From Bacteroidales bacterium (GTDB lineage: Bacteria; Bacteroidota; Bacteroidia; Bacteroidales; WCHB1-69), in NCBI GenBank assembly GCA_017613015.1, contig JAGAEQ010000005.1, positions 1 through 60,719 on the forward strand: a DNA stretch of 60,719 nucleotides, written 5' to 3'. The notes below the pieces were generated by a model. That model saw only the letters and a program-made list of their open reading frames with translations, did no database searches and was not told the origin of the DNA. Position numbers and translations under genes: made by a program. This document shows positions 19,261-27,745 of this stretch, in pieces (within the stretch, counting starts at the first letter, position 1; the number at the start of each line of letters is the position of its first letter).

Positions 19261-20249
19261 GGTTGTTCGTTGTTTTGGTCCTCCATTTCCTGCAAGGCGT
19301 GCAGGGTCTGGAGTATTTCTTGAATATCGTTGGATGTGAGTAATTTGAGTTTCTGCTGCTTGATGTTGAGCTGCCCTTTGAAGTAGGCTTTGTAGTGCTT
19401 GCGCATTTCCAGCATGCCGGTATGCTCCCCTTTGAAAGCGATGTTGGCGAGAAAATGCTGCTCGCAGACCCGGGCGCGTTCGGCCAGGTCGGGTGCGGGT
19501 GGTATGTCGCGACCTTCCACCAAGGCGCGGCACTGCTGGAAAATCCAGGGGTTCCCTATGGCCCCCCGGCCTATCATCAGCCCGTCCACGGGGTAGGCGG
19601 CAAGGCGGTCGCGGGCAATTTCCCAGGTGGTGATGTCGCCGTTGCCGATGATGGGAATGCGGATGTCCGGATCGTTCTTGACGGCGCCAATCAGGCTCCA
19701 GTCGGCTTCTCCCTTGTACATCTGTGCTTTGGTGCGCCCGTGTATGCTCAAGGCCTGCACGCCGATGTCCTGTAAGCGTTTGGCCAGCTCTACGATGGGT
19801 TTGGAGGCCTCGTTGTAGCCGATGCGGGTCTTCACCGTAACCGGAAGGGAGACGGAGCGCACCACCTCCTGCGTGATGCTGACCAGCATGTCAGGGTACT
19901 GCAACATGCCCGAACCGGCGTTTTTTCCGGCGATTTTTTTTGCCGGGCAGCCCCAGTTCAAATCGATGAAGTCGGGATGCAGGCTTTCCGCCATGCGGGC
20001 GGCCTGGCAGAGGCTTTCGGCATTGTTTCCGAAAATCTGTATGCCGAAAGGACGTTCGTCCTCCGCGGACTGCCATTTGCGCTGTATGGCCTCCACTTCC
20101 CGGATAAGGGCGTCGGAGGCAATGAACTCGCTGACCGTGACATCGGCGCCCATGCGGTGGCAAAGGGCGCGGAAAGGCGCGTCGGTGACGTCGTCCATGG
20201 GGGCGAGGTAGAGAACGGGGCGGTTAAAGGTATGGCTGCCTAAGTGCAT
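19254..20249 (-). CDS. dusB: tRNA-dihydrouridine synthase DusB
   Basis: Motifs LAPM, DLNWGCP, VKTRIG, IHGRT, GNGDI and GRGAIGNPW. Confidence 0.93.
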   Translation of the reverse strand: MHLGSHTFNRPVLYLAPMDDVTDAPFRALCHRMGADVTVSEFIASDALIREVEAIQRKWQSAEDERPFGIQIFGNNAESLCQAARMAESLHPDFIDLNWGCPAKKIAGKNAGSGMLQYPDMLVSITQEVVRSVSLPVTVKTRIGYNEASKPIVELAKRLQDIGVQALSIHGRTKAQMYKGEADWSLIGAVKNDPDIRIPIIGNGDITTWEIARDRLAAYPVDGLMIGRGAIGNPWIFQQCRALVEGRDIPPAPDLAERARVCEQHFLANIAFKGEHTGMLEMRKHYKAYFKGQLNIKQQKLKLLTSNDIQEILQTLHALQEMEDQNNEQPC

Positions 20250-20250
20250 G

Positions 20251-22356
20251 TCAACTGATTTGCAAATAATCAACGCGGCAATGGGGATTTTCGTCTAAAT
20301 AGTGGCGGATTTCCGCATTTTCCTTTTTTTCGAGAGTCGGGTCGTCGCGGAGGACGTTCTGGGCGATGTTTCGGCAGTAGCTGATGATTTTCTCGTCTTT
20401 CACCAGGTCAATCAGGCGGAACTCCATCATGCCGCTTTGGCGGGTGCCGCTCATGTCGCCGGGTCCCCGCAGCTTCAGGTCGAAATCGGCCAGTTCGAAG
20501 CCGTTGTTGGTGTCCACCATGGCCTGTATGCGGCGGCGACTCTCGTTGGTGAGCTTGTCGCCGGTGAGCAGTATGCAGTAGGACTGTTCCGCGCCCCTTC
20601 CGACGCGGCCCCGGAGCTGGTGCAGCTGCGACAGCCCGAAACGTTCGGCGTTTTCGATGATGATGACGCTCGCGTTGGGAATGTCAATCCCGACTTCGAT
20701 GACCGAGGTGGCCAGCAGCAGTTGGGTCTCTCCTTTGGCAAAACGCTCCATCTCCCGGTTTTTGCTCTCGCTGTCCATGCGTCCGTGCACGAAACTGATG
20801 CGGTAGTGGGGTTCCGGAAAATCGCGGCAGAAAGCCTCGTAGCCTTCCATAAGGTTTTGCAAATCCAAGGCTTCCGACTCCTCAATCAGCGGAAAGACCA
20901 CAAAAGCCTGGCGGCCTTGCTGCAATTGCTTGCGGACAAAGGGGTAGACTTCCGGCCAGGCGCGTTGGCTGTAATGGTAGGTCAGTATGGGTTTGCGATT
21001 TTTGGGCACCTCGTCAATGACGGAAAGGTGCAAGTCGCCGTACAGGGTCATGGAAAGGGTGCGGGGAATGGGGGTGGCGGTCATGATCAGCACATGGGGA
21101 GGCGGATCGTTTTTCCGCCACAGCTTGGCACGCTGCTCCACGCCGAAACGGTGCTGCTCGTCAATCACCGCAAGCCCGAGGGAGCGGAAAGCCACCTTCT
21201 CCTCAATCAGGGCATGAGTTCCGACAATTAGTTGTATTTCACCTTGTTCCAACTCTTCTAACAGTTTTTTCCGGACGGAGGCCTTGGTGCTTCCGGTCAG
21301 CAGCTCCACCCGCACGCCGCTGTCCCGCAGGCTGCGGCTGATGCTTTGGAAATGCTGTTCGGCCAGAATTTCCGTGGGGGCCATCAGGCAGGCCTGAAAA
21401 CCGTTGTCAATGGCTATCAGCATGATTAGCAATGCGGTGATGGTTTTTCCGCTGCCCACGTCGCCTTGCAGCAGCCGGTTCATCTGGTGCCCGGAAAACA
21501 AATCGTTTCGGATTTCCCGTATGACCTTTTTCTGCGCTTCGGTCAGCTGGTAGGGCAGGCTGTCGTAGCATTGGTGGAAATGCGCTCCGATTTTCGGCAT
21601 GGGGAAACCGCGCTGCCGTATGCTTTGGTGCTGGCGTTGCCGCAGCAGCTGCAACTGCAGGAAAAACATTTCATCGAATTTCAGGCGGTATTGCGCGGCT
21701 TGCAGCAGGGCGTTGGACTGGGGAAAGTGGATGTTCAGCAGGGCCTGGGGGAGCGGCATCAGGCGGCACTCGTTCCGGAGGTGTTCCGGCAGAGACTCCG
21801 CGATGCGCGACCCGTAGTCGTTCAGCAGCTGGAGGCAGAGGCGGCTCAGGCTGCGGCTGTCCAGCCCCGCGCGTTTCATTTTCTCGGAAGTGTTGTAGAA
21901 AGGCTGGTAGGCCACGGTAATGCCGCTTTTTACCGGCTCCTCCTCCGCGTGGATTTCCGGATGGGTGATGCTGAAATGCTGCCCGAACTGCTGCGGCTTG
22001 CCGAACACCACGTAGGGGCGGTTCAGTTGCAGGCTCTTTTCCATGTAGCTGATGCCGTTGAACCACACCAGCTCCATGCTGCCGCTGCTGTCCTGAAAGG
22101 TCGCGACTAAGCGTTTGCCGCGTTTTTCCCCTATGGTGCGCAACTCGGTGATGACACCGCGAATCTGCAAGTGGGCCTGCGCGTGCAGCGGAATCTCCCG
22201 GATAAGGTAAAAACGGGATTTGTCCACGTATTTGTAGGGGAAATAGTAAAGCAGGTCGTAAAGGGTGAAAATGTTCAGCTCCTTTTTTAGCAGGTCTGCC
22301 TTGCGGCTGCTGACACCTTTCAGGTATTCTACGGAAGTCTGGAAAATGGAAAGCAT
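20251..22356 (-). CDS. recG: ATP-dependent DNA helicase RecG
   Basis: Wedge domain, QGDVGSGKT, DEQHRFG, TATPIPR, QLRGRVGRG and the TRG motif DLKLRGPG. Confidence 0.97.
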   Translation of the reverse strand: MLSIFQTSVEYLKGVSSRKADLLKKELNIFTLYDLLYYFPYKYVDKSRFYLIREIPLHAQAHLQIRGVITELRTIGEKRGKRLVATFQDSSGSMELVWFNGISYMEKSLQLNRPYVVFGKPQQFGQHFSITHPEIHAEEEPVKSGITVAYQPFYNTSEKMKRAGLDSRSLSRLCLQLLNDYGSRIAESLPEHLRNECRLMPLPQALLNIHFPQSNALLQAAQYRLKFDEMFFLQLQLLRQRQHQSIRQRGFPMPKIGAHFHQCYDSLPYQLTEAQKKVIREIRNDLFSGHQMNRLLQGDVGSGKTITALLIMLIAIDNGFQACLMAPTEILAEQHFQSISRSLRDSGVRVELLTGSTKASVRKKLLEELEQGEIQLIVGTHALIEEKVAFRSLGLAVIDEQHRFGVEQRAKLWRKNDPPPHVLIMTATPIPRTLSMTLYGDLHLSVIDEVPKNRKPILTYHYSQRAWPEVYPFVRKQLQQGRQAFVVFPLIEESEALDLQNLMEGYEAFCRDFPEPHYRISFVHGRMDSESKNREMERFAKGETQLLLATSVIEVGIDIPNASVIIIENAERFGLSQLHQLRGRVGRGAEQSYCILLTGDKLTNESRRRIQAMVDTNNGFELADFDLKLRGPGDMSGTRQSGMMEFRLIDLVKDEKIISYCRNIAQNVLRDDPTLEKKENAEIRHYLDENPHCRVDYLQIS

Positions 22357-22467
22357 GGGACGGCGTTTTCGGTTAAGATATTCTTTTCCTGTTCAATGCT
22401 TCCGATGACATGCTGGTGTTCCCTTGAAGACTTCTGCGCAAAGCGTCCATGACTCCCGAAATTTTCG

Positions 22468-22475
22468 CAAAGGTA
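22468..22475 (-). promoter_or_regulatory. Bacteroidota -7 promoter box (TACCTTTG) for recG-dusB-engB
   Basis: caaaggta on + reads TACCTTTG on -. Confidence 0.6.
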
Positions 22476-22543
22476 GGCGAAAATCCGATACAAAAGCCGC
22501 CTTTTGGGAAAAAAGGTTTTTTCTCAAGCTTGCCGGGGGCGTT

Positions 22544-24049
22544 TCAGAACAGCGCGCTGTAGCCTATGCCGACTTTGGCGGCCCGCAGGCGGAAGCCTTG
22601 GCCGTGCTGTGCGGCCACCGCGTAGTTCAGGCTGAGCAGTCCGGCTTTGGTGTAGAGGGAAAGTCCCGCCCCTATGCCCACGGGCAGGTCGCGCTGGTAG
22701 TCACCGACGCCTTTTTTCTCGTACCATCCGCCGTCGGTGAAGACTTGGAAAAAGGCGTTTTTGTCTAACAACCAGCGGATTTCACCGCTTAAAAAAGCGT
22801 AGGCCGAAGCCCGCAGGGCCTGCTCGTCCGCGCCGCGCAGGCTGTGCAGCCCGCCCAAGCGGAAAAGGTCGCTTTCGTACAGTTCGGGGTCCGCCTTGCA
22901 TCCGGTTTCAAAGCGTTGGGCAAGCACCCATCGCCTGCCGAGGGGAAGGTAAAGCTCTTCCTTCGCCAAAGCGCGGAGGGCGAGGGTGGAGGCACTTTCC
23001 GACAGCAGGCGTTTCTGCCCCGCCTCTCCCTGCACATCCACCACGTATCCCCGGCGGGGGATGCGTGCGTTGTCGGTTTTCCCGAGACGGACGCGCAGCC
23101 CGTACAACTGGGTCCGGTAGTCGGGGATGCCGTTTTTTTGGGGCACCGTTCCGGCCTGTGTGGCGCGGCTGGTCTCGTAGCGGTAGTAGCCTTGCAGGTA
23201 CTGCTGCCCCCACAGTTGGTACCTTATGCCGAAGGGCAGGGAAAGGGTGTAGTAGTCCGTGTCGTTTTTCAGCAGTGAAAACTGTCCGTAAAGCCCGAAA
23301 GGGGTGTGCAGCAGGCAGGGGAAGTCCGCCTCGCATTGCAGGCTTTGCCGCTCTTTTTGCGGATGCTGCCAGTCGAGCGCGAAACTCTCTCCTCGGGCGA
23401 AGGTGTTGGCCAGACGGAGCTGCAACTGCCCGTACACTTGCAGCCCGGAGGCGTCTTCCTTGGGGGAGAAGCCGACGTAGCCGTCAAAGGTGTTGGCGTT
23501 TTTCGCGTCGGCGTAAATGTAAAGGGCGGCGGCGCGGTCGGTGAAGGTGGGCGAGGGTGGCCGCAGCGGTTGGAGGTAGGGCAGGGCGGCTAAGGCCGTT
23601 TCCGCCTGACGGACCGCTTTTTCCCGGTAGGGCTGGCCGGGACGTATTTTCAGATAAGGGTACAGAAAACGGTGGGAGAGGCGGGCGTCGCCTTTCAGCA
23701 CAATGCTGTCCCATCGGATGAGGGCGTTGGCCGTCACGCGCACTTCCACGGCGGGCAGGCTGTCCGGCGAAAGGCTGTCGGCAGGCAGGCGGTACATCCG
23801 GACTTCGGCGAAAGGATAGCCATGGTCCTCCAGAAAAAGCAGGCAGCGTTCGGCATAGTCCGCCACGCTTGTGGAGGTGTAAGGGTGGGCGAGGCGGGGC
23901 CACTGCGCGGAAAAATGGATCAGGGTGTCGGAGCGCAGCAGCCTGACTGCAAGCGAGTCGCGCCGCTGTCCGTACACGCGCAGGCAGCCTGCGGCGCAAA
24001 GCAGCGTCATGCACAGGAAAAACCGCTTGGAAAAAAGGGGCATCCTCAT
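22544..24049 (-). CDS. Omp85 (BamA/TamA-like) outer-membrane protein with POTRA-like region
   Basis: Signal peptide and POTRA-like GYPFA segments. L.N.F..GE barrel start, RLGGLHSLRG (VRG-like loop 6), FTDGG and a C-terminal Phe. Confidence 0.75.
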   Translation of the reverse strand: MRMPLFSKRFFLCMTLLCAAGCLRVYGQRRDSLAVRLLRSDTLIHFSAQWPRLAHPYTSTSVADYAERCLLFLEDHGYPFAEVRMYRLPADSLSPDSLPAVEVRVTANALIRWDSIVLKGDARLSHRFLYPYLKIRPGQPYREKAVRQAETALAALPYLQPLRPPSPTFTDRAAALYIYADAKNANTFDGYVGFSPKEDASGLQVYGQLQLRLANTFARGESFALDWQHPQKERQSLQCEADFPCLLHTPFGLYGQFSLLKNDTDYYTLSLPFGIRYQLWGQQYLQGYYRYETSRATQAGTVPQKNGIPDYRTQLYGLRVRLGKTDNARIPRRGYVVDVQGEAGQKRLLSESASTLALRALAKEELYLPLGRRWVLAQRFETGCKADPELYESDLFRLGGLHSLRGADEQALRASAYAFLSGEIRWLLDKNAFFQVFTDGGWYEKKGVGDYQRDLPVGIGAGLSLYTKAGLLSLNYAVAAQHGQGFRLRAAKVGIGYSALF

Positions 24050-27000
24050 TCGAAACGGTAGAAATACTGGTTAGCCTTTTGTTTGTAGAAGGGGCGCAGC
24101 TGCGGAGGGACGGTCCGGTAGAGTTCCGTTTGTCGCTGCTGTTTTTGCTGCTGCTGTATCCAGTCTGGCGGCGGCGTGCGCTGCAAGTCGCGCCCTTGCC
24201 GGGATTCGCGCTGCTTGTCTTTTTCGCGCTGCATTTCCGCCCTTTCGGATTGCAGCATGCGCGTGGAGATTTCGCGCTGCCGCTCAATGGTTTCCCTGTT
24301 CAGGATTTTGTTCACGAGGTCTTTTTCCGTCTCCTCCATGGATTTCAGGGCACGTTGGAGGTTGGAGGCCTCGCCGGTGCGGCCTTCTTTCTGCAATTGG
24401 GAGATTTTTTCCTGCGTCATGCGGCGGATGGCCTCCTGCTGGGCCGCCATGCGGGCGAACTGTTCGCTTTGGGAGCCCTGTTTTCCCGCTTTGCTGCCGG
24501 AGGGAGAGGTCTGCACGCCGTTCTGCTGTTTGCGCATTTCCTCCAATTGCTTGTTTAGCTGTTCCTGCATTTCGCGCAGGGACTTCATGTCCTTGGAAGG
24601 CTTGTCTCCGCCGCTGCCGCCTTGGGTGCACTGCTGCCCTTCCGAGGGGGAGCCTTTTCCTTTCCCGCTGCCTTGCTGCTGTTGCTTCTGCATTTTGTCA
24701 ATGGATTCCGCAAGCATAAGCGCGAGGTCGTTGAGGGCGGTCATGACGTATTGCTGCTTGGTGACGGCGTTGTTGAAATTGCGCGAATAATAGTAGGTGT
24801 AGGGGTCAGGGTCCTGGCTTTGGCCGATGGCGGCCAGAATCTGCCGCTGCGCGTCGTTGATTTTTGCTATCTGTTTATAAATAAACGGTTTGACGGCTTG
24901 TTGTCGGCGTGCGACGGCGGAAATGCTGTCCTCTATCATGCGGAGGTTGTCTCTCAGCAGGAACTGCTCCCGAAGCACCTCTTTGACCCCGGGATCCTGC
25001 AAGTTCATGCGGGAGAGCTGTTTCATCAGTTTTTCCTGTTGGAAAGATGTCTGAATGATGTGTTTCAGTATTTTGCGCACGCTTTGGATGTCTTCGGCCA
25101 TCGCCTGTTGCTTGCTTTGGCGGAAACTGTCCTCCATTTGCTGGCGCATTTGGCGGATTTTTTCCCCGGCTTTCTGCTGGTGCTGGGAGGCGGACTTCTG
25201 CTGCTGTTTTTTCAGGTTTTCCCCGGCCTGTTTCATTTCTTGCAGGATTTCGCCCGCCTTGTCCTTGGTGTCGGGGAGGAGGTAGGGGTCTTCCATGCTT
25301 TTGTCCGTCTCGCGCAGCTCCTCAAAATCCTCTTCCAATTGCTTGAAGGCTTCTTGCAGCTGTTTTTGTCTGTTTTCCAGCTCTTCCGTCCCGCTTTTCT
25401 TCTCGGCGGTCTCTTTGGAAAGCTCCAACTGTTTTTCCGCTAATTTTTCTGCCTGATCCAGCGCGTCCTCCATTTTCTGTTCCCAGGCCAGGCGTTTGAA
25501 CAACGCCAGGTTCTGGTCCAATTGCTTGTTCAGCTCCTCGGTGGAAATCCGGATTTTCTCCAATGCCTGGTTGAGCTTGTCCTTGTCGATGTTTTTTTCC
25601 ATCATGCGTTGAAGCTCCATCAGGGTCTGCTTCATTTCGTCCGAAAACAGCTCGTCCATGCGCTGTTGCAGCTCCTCCTGCTTTTTCAGGATTTCTTCGG
25701 AAACGGTTTCGTACTGTTCCTCCATCTCCTGCTGCCGCTTCTGCGCCTCCACGGCCTCTTCCATCTCCTTGCGCAGCTCCTGCCATTGTTTCAGCATGTC
25801 CTTCAAGACCTTCTGGTCTTCCCAGGAAGCGTCTTTCTGGCCCACCATCTTCTTTTTCAGTGCGTCGATGCGCTGTAGCAGGTCCTCGTTGCTTTTTATG
25901 GTTTGGGAAAGCTCCTTTTGGGTCTGGTTTTGCACCTGTTCGCCCTGCTCCTTGATTTCCTCCGGGCTGGGCAGGCGGAACTCCATCTGTTGGGAGCGGC
26001 TGCATTTGCTCCCGTTGATGCCGTCGTTGTCCCAGACCTCGAAACAGTAGTGCAGGCTCTCTCCGAGGTTCAGCGAAAGGGTTTGCGCGTCAAAATAATA
26101 ATAGAAATTCTGCGCCGTGACATCCGTCTGGAAGGGCAGGTCGGTGCGCATAGTCTTGCGGACGGTGTCCTTGCCGGAGGTGACGAAATACACGAACTGC
26201 AAGCGTGTGAAGCCGTAGTCGTCCCGTATGCTTCCCTTGAAATAGAAACGGTCGAAGTAGAGGGAGTCCTTGCTGCTTTCCACGCGGATTTCCGGGTAGG
26301 CGTCGGGAATCACGCTGATGAAGTATTGCAGGGAGTCCGGGTTGGTCAGGTGGCGGTTGCGGCCCGAAACGGTGTAGGAGAAATCGCTGTGCACGCTCAT
26401 GCGGCAGCTTCCCTTTCCGTCGGCGCAGGGGATGCGTATCAGTCCGTTGTCAAGGCGCATCAGCACTTCATCGGCATGGGCGGTGCGGAAATGCCATTCC
26501 ATGCGGGTGCCCTGGGGCACGGTGACGTTGCCGTTGTTGTCGATGGTCTCGTCGATTTTGTGCAGGTAGGCCGGGTAGTGCAGGTGCACGGAAAAATGCA
26601 GCAGGTTGGGCTTGGGCAGCACGCGGATGCGGTGTTCCGGCGAGCGTGCCTCTTCCCCGCAGAAACGGATGCGGGTGTCGGAGCGCAGGTTCTTGAGCTC
26701 GTACTCGAAATCCACGGGGGACAGCTTTTCCATACGGTAGCGAATGCCGTCCACTTCCGCGAAGGCCTCTTCCGGCGTCTCCTTTCCCTCTACCTTAACT
26801 TTCAGGCGCAAGTCGCTGTTTTGCACCACGGTGTCTGTCGGATTCAGCCAGACGAAGCCGTAAGGCGCCGGTTTGACAAAAGGCGTGTGGTGGTGCAGTA
26901 TGCGGTGGGTGGGGCCGGTGAAAAGCTCGGCGTTCCACAGCAGCAGCAGGCATGTGATCAGTGCCGGTGCGGCGGCGTACTTGAGGAAGGAAAGGCTTTT

Positions 27001-27456
27001 TTTGAAACTCACGGCGCGTTGGAAGCGGAAAGGGCGCATGTGCGCCATGCGTTTGTCGATGGCGGCAAGCAGCAGCTCCCGTCCGGGCTGCTCCATGGCA
27101 CTGAGGGAGTGCAGTTGCAAGGTGTTCAGCAGCTTGTCGTCGATTTCGGGGAAACTTTTCCCGATGAGGACGGCGGCCTCCTCGTAGCTCATGCGGCGCA
27201 GCCATCCCTTGAGCCGTGCGAACGGAATCAATACCATGCCCGCCAGCACGATGGCGTTCAGCAGCAGGAAACCGTAGAAAATCAGGGTGCGCACCAAGGT
27301 GTTGCTGTAGGCGTAGTATTCGAAAAGGGAAATGATCAGGAAAAGCGTCAGGAAAATGGCGGCAAAGAGGATGCCTCCGCGCAGCATCAGGTTTCCGTAA
27401 TGCTTGCGGATAAACAGCTCCAATTTCCCAATCAGTTCATTCTCGTTGGCTTTCAC
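24046..27456 (-). CDS. DUF4175-like membrane-anchored protein: N-terminal TMs, Ig-like domains and a long Q/E/K-rich coiled coil
   Basis: Three hydrophobic segments, PEIDDKLLN, P.Y and DDYG motifs, WDNDG..G.K, about 600 aa of heptads, and a YKQKANQYF tail. Confidence 0.75.
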   Translation of the reverse strand: MKANENELIGKLELFIRKHYGNLMLRGGILFAAIFLTLFLIISLFEYYAYSNTLVRTLIFYGFLLLNAIVLAGMVLIPFARLKGWLRRMSYEEAAVLIGKSFPEIDDKLLNTLQLHSLSAMEQPGRELLLAAIDKRMAHMRPFRFQRAVSFKKSLSFLKYAAAPALITCLLLLWNAELFTGPTHRILHHHTPFVKPAPYGFVWLNPTDTVVQNSDLRLKVKVEGKETPEEAFAEVDGIRYRMEKLSPVDFEYELKNLRSDTRIRFCGEEARSPEHRIRVLPKPNLLHFSVHLHYPAYLHKIDETIDNNGNVTVPQGTRMEWHFRTAHADEVLMRLDNGLIRIPCADGKGSCRMSVHSDFSYTVSGRNRHLTNPDSLQYFISVIPDAYPEIRVESSKDSLYFDRFYFKGSIRDDYGFTRLQFVYFVTSGKDTVRKTMRTDLPFQTDVTAQNFYYYFDAQTLSLNLGESLHYCFEVWDNDGINGSKCSRSQQMEFRLPSPEEIKEQGEQVQNQTQKELSQTIKSNEDLLQRIDALKKKMVGQKDASWEDQKVLKDMLKQWQELRKEMEEAVEAQKRQQEMEEQYETVSEEILKKQEELQQRMDELFSDEMKQTLMELQRMMEKNIDKDKLNQALEKIRISTEELNKQLDQNLALFKRLAWEQKMEDALDQAEKLAEKQLELSKETAEKKSGTEELENRQKQLQEAFKQLEEDFEELRETDKSMEDPYLLPDTKDKAGEILQEMKQAGENLKKQQQKSASQHQQKAGEKIRQMRQQMEDSFRQSKQQAMAEDIQSVRKILKHIIQTSFQQEKLMKQLSRMNLQDPGVKEVLREQFLLRDNLRMIEDSISAVARRQQAVKPFIYKQIAKINDAQRQILAAIGQSQDPDPYTYYYSRNFNNAVTKQQYVMTALNDLALMLAESIDKMQKQQQQGSGKGKGSPSEGQQCTQGGSGGDKPSKDMKSLREMQEQLNKQLEEMRKQQNGVQTSPSGSKAGKQGSQSEQFARMAAQQEAIRRMTQEKISQLQKEGRTGEASNLQRALKSMEETEKDLVNKILNRETIERQREISTRMLQSERAEMQREKDKQRESRQGRDLQRTPPPDWIQQQQKQQRQTELYRTVPPQLRPFYKQKANQYFYRFE

Positions 27457-27494
27457 GTCCTTTCTGCTTTTTATGCAAATGTCGCAAAGAAATG

Positions 27495-27502
27495 CAAAGT
27501 TA
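27495..27502 (-). promoter_or_regulatory. Bacteroidota -7 promoter box (TAACTTTG), leftward promoter of a divergent pair
   Basis: caaagtta on + reads TAACTTTG on -, about 40 nt upstream of GTG 27456. Confidence 0.6.
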
Positions 27503-27696
27503 CATGAAATCCGGACACGGATGCCAAACAGACGAATAAAAAATGACAGCGTTGGCGCAACACAAGATGTTTTTCCTGAAACAGGCGTGACCGCGCAAAA
27601 AAATCGTGAAAAGTGAACGGATACGCAAAAGGTAAATCACAAAAGCGTGTTGAAAAAAGAGCGTGGCCACCCTTGGGCGGATTGCGCAATAGAAAG

Positions 27697-27704
27697 TATT
27701 TTTG
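27697..27704 (+). promoter_or_regulatory. Bacteroidota -7 promoter box (TATTTTTG), rightward promoter of a divergent pair
   Basis: TAnnTTTG about 40 nt upstream of ATG 27746, preceded by the palindrome ATTGCGCAAT (27681-27690). Confidence 0.6.
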
Positions 27705-27745
27705 CAGGAATGTTGTTTATAATAGGTAAAAAACATCAGAAAAAC

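Noticed and set aside
22373-22450. 25-aa uORF (MDALRRSLQGNTSMSSEALNRKRIS) on the minus strand in the recG leader
   Set aside because: Length is expected by chance, there is no A-rich initiation context, and no diagnostic codon bias or attenuator structure.
24046-26000. Q/E/K-rich region as an SMC/Rad50 ATPase or a DNA tandem repeat
   Set aside because: No Walker A/B motifs, and no nucleotide-level repeat unit. It is only coiled-coil composition.
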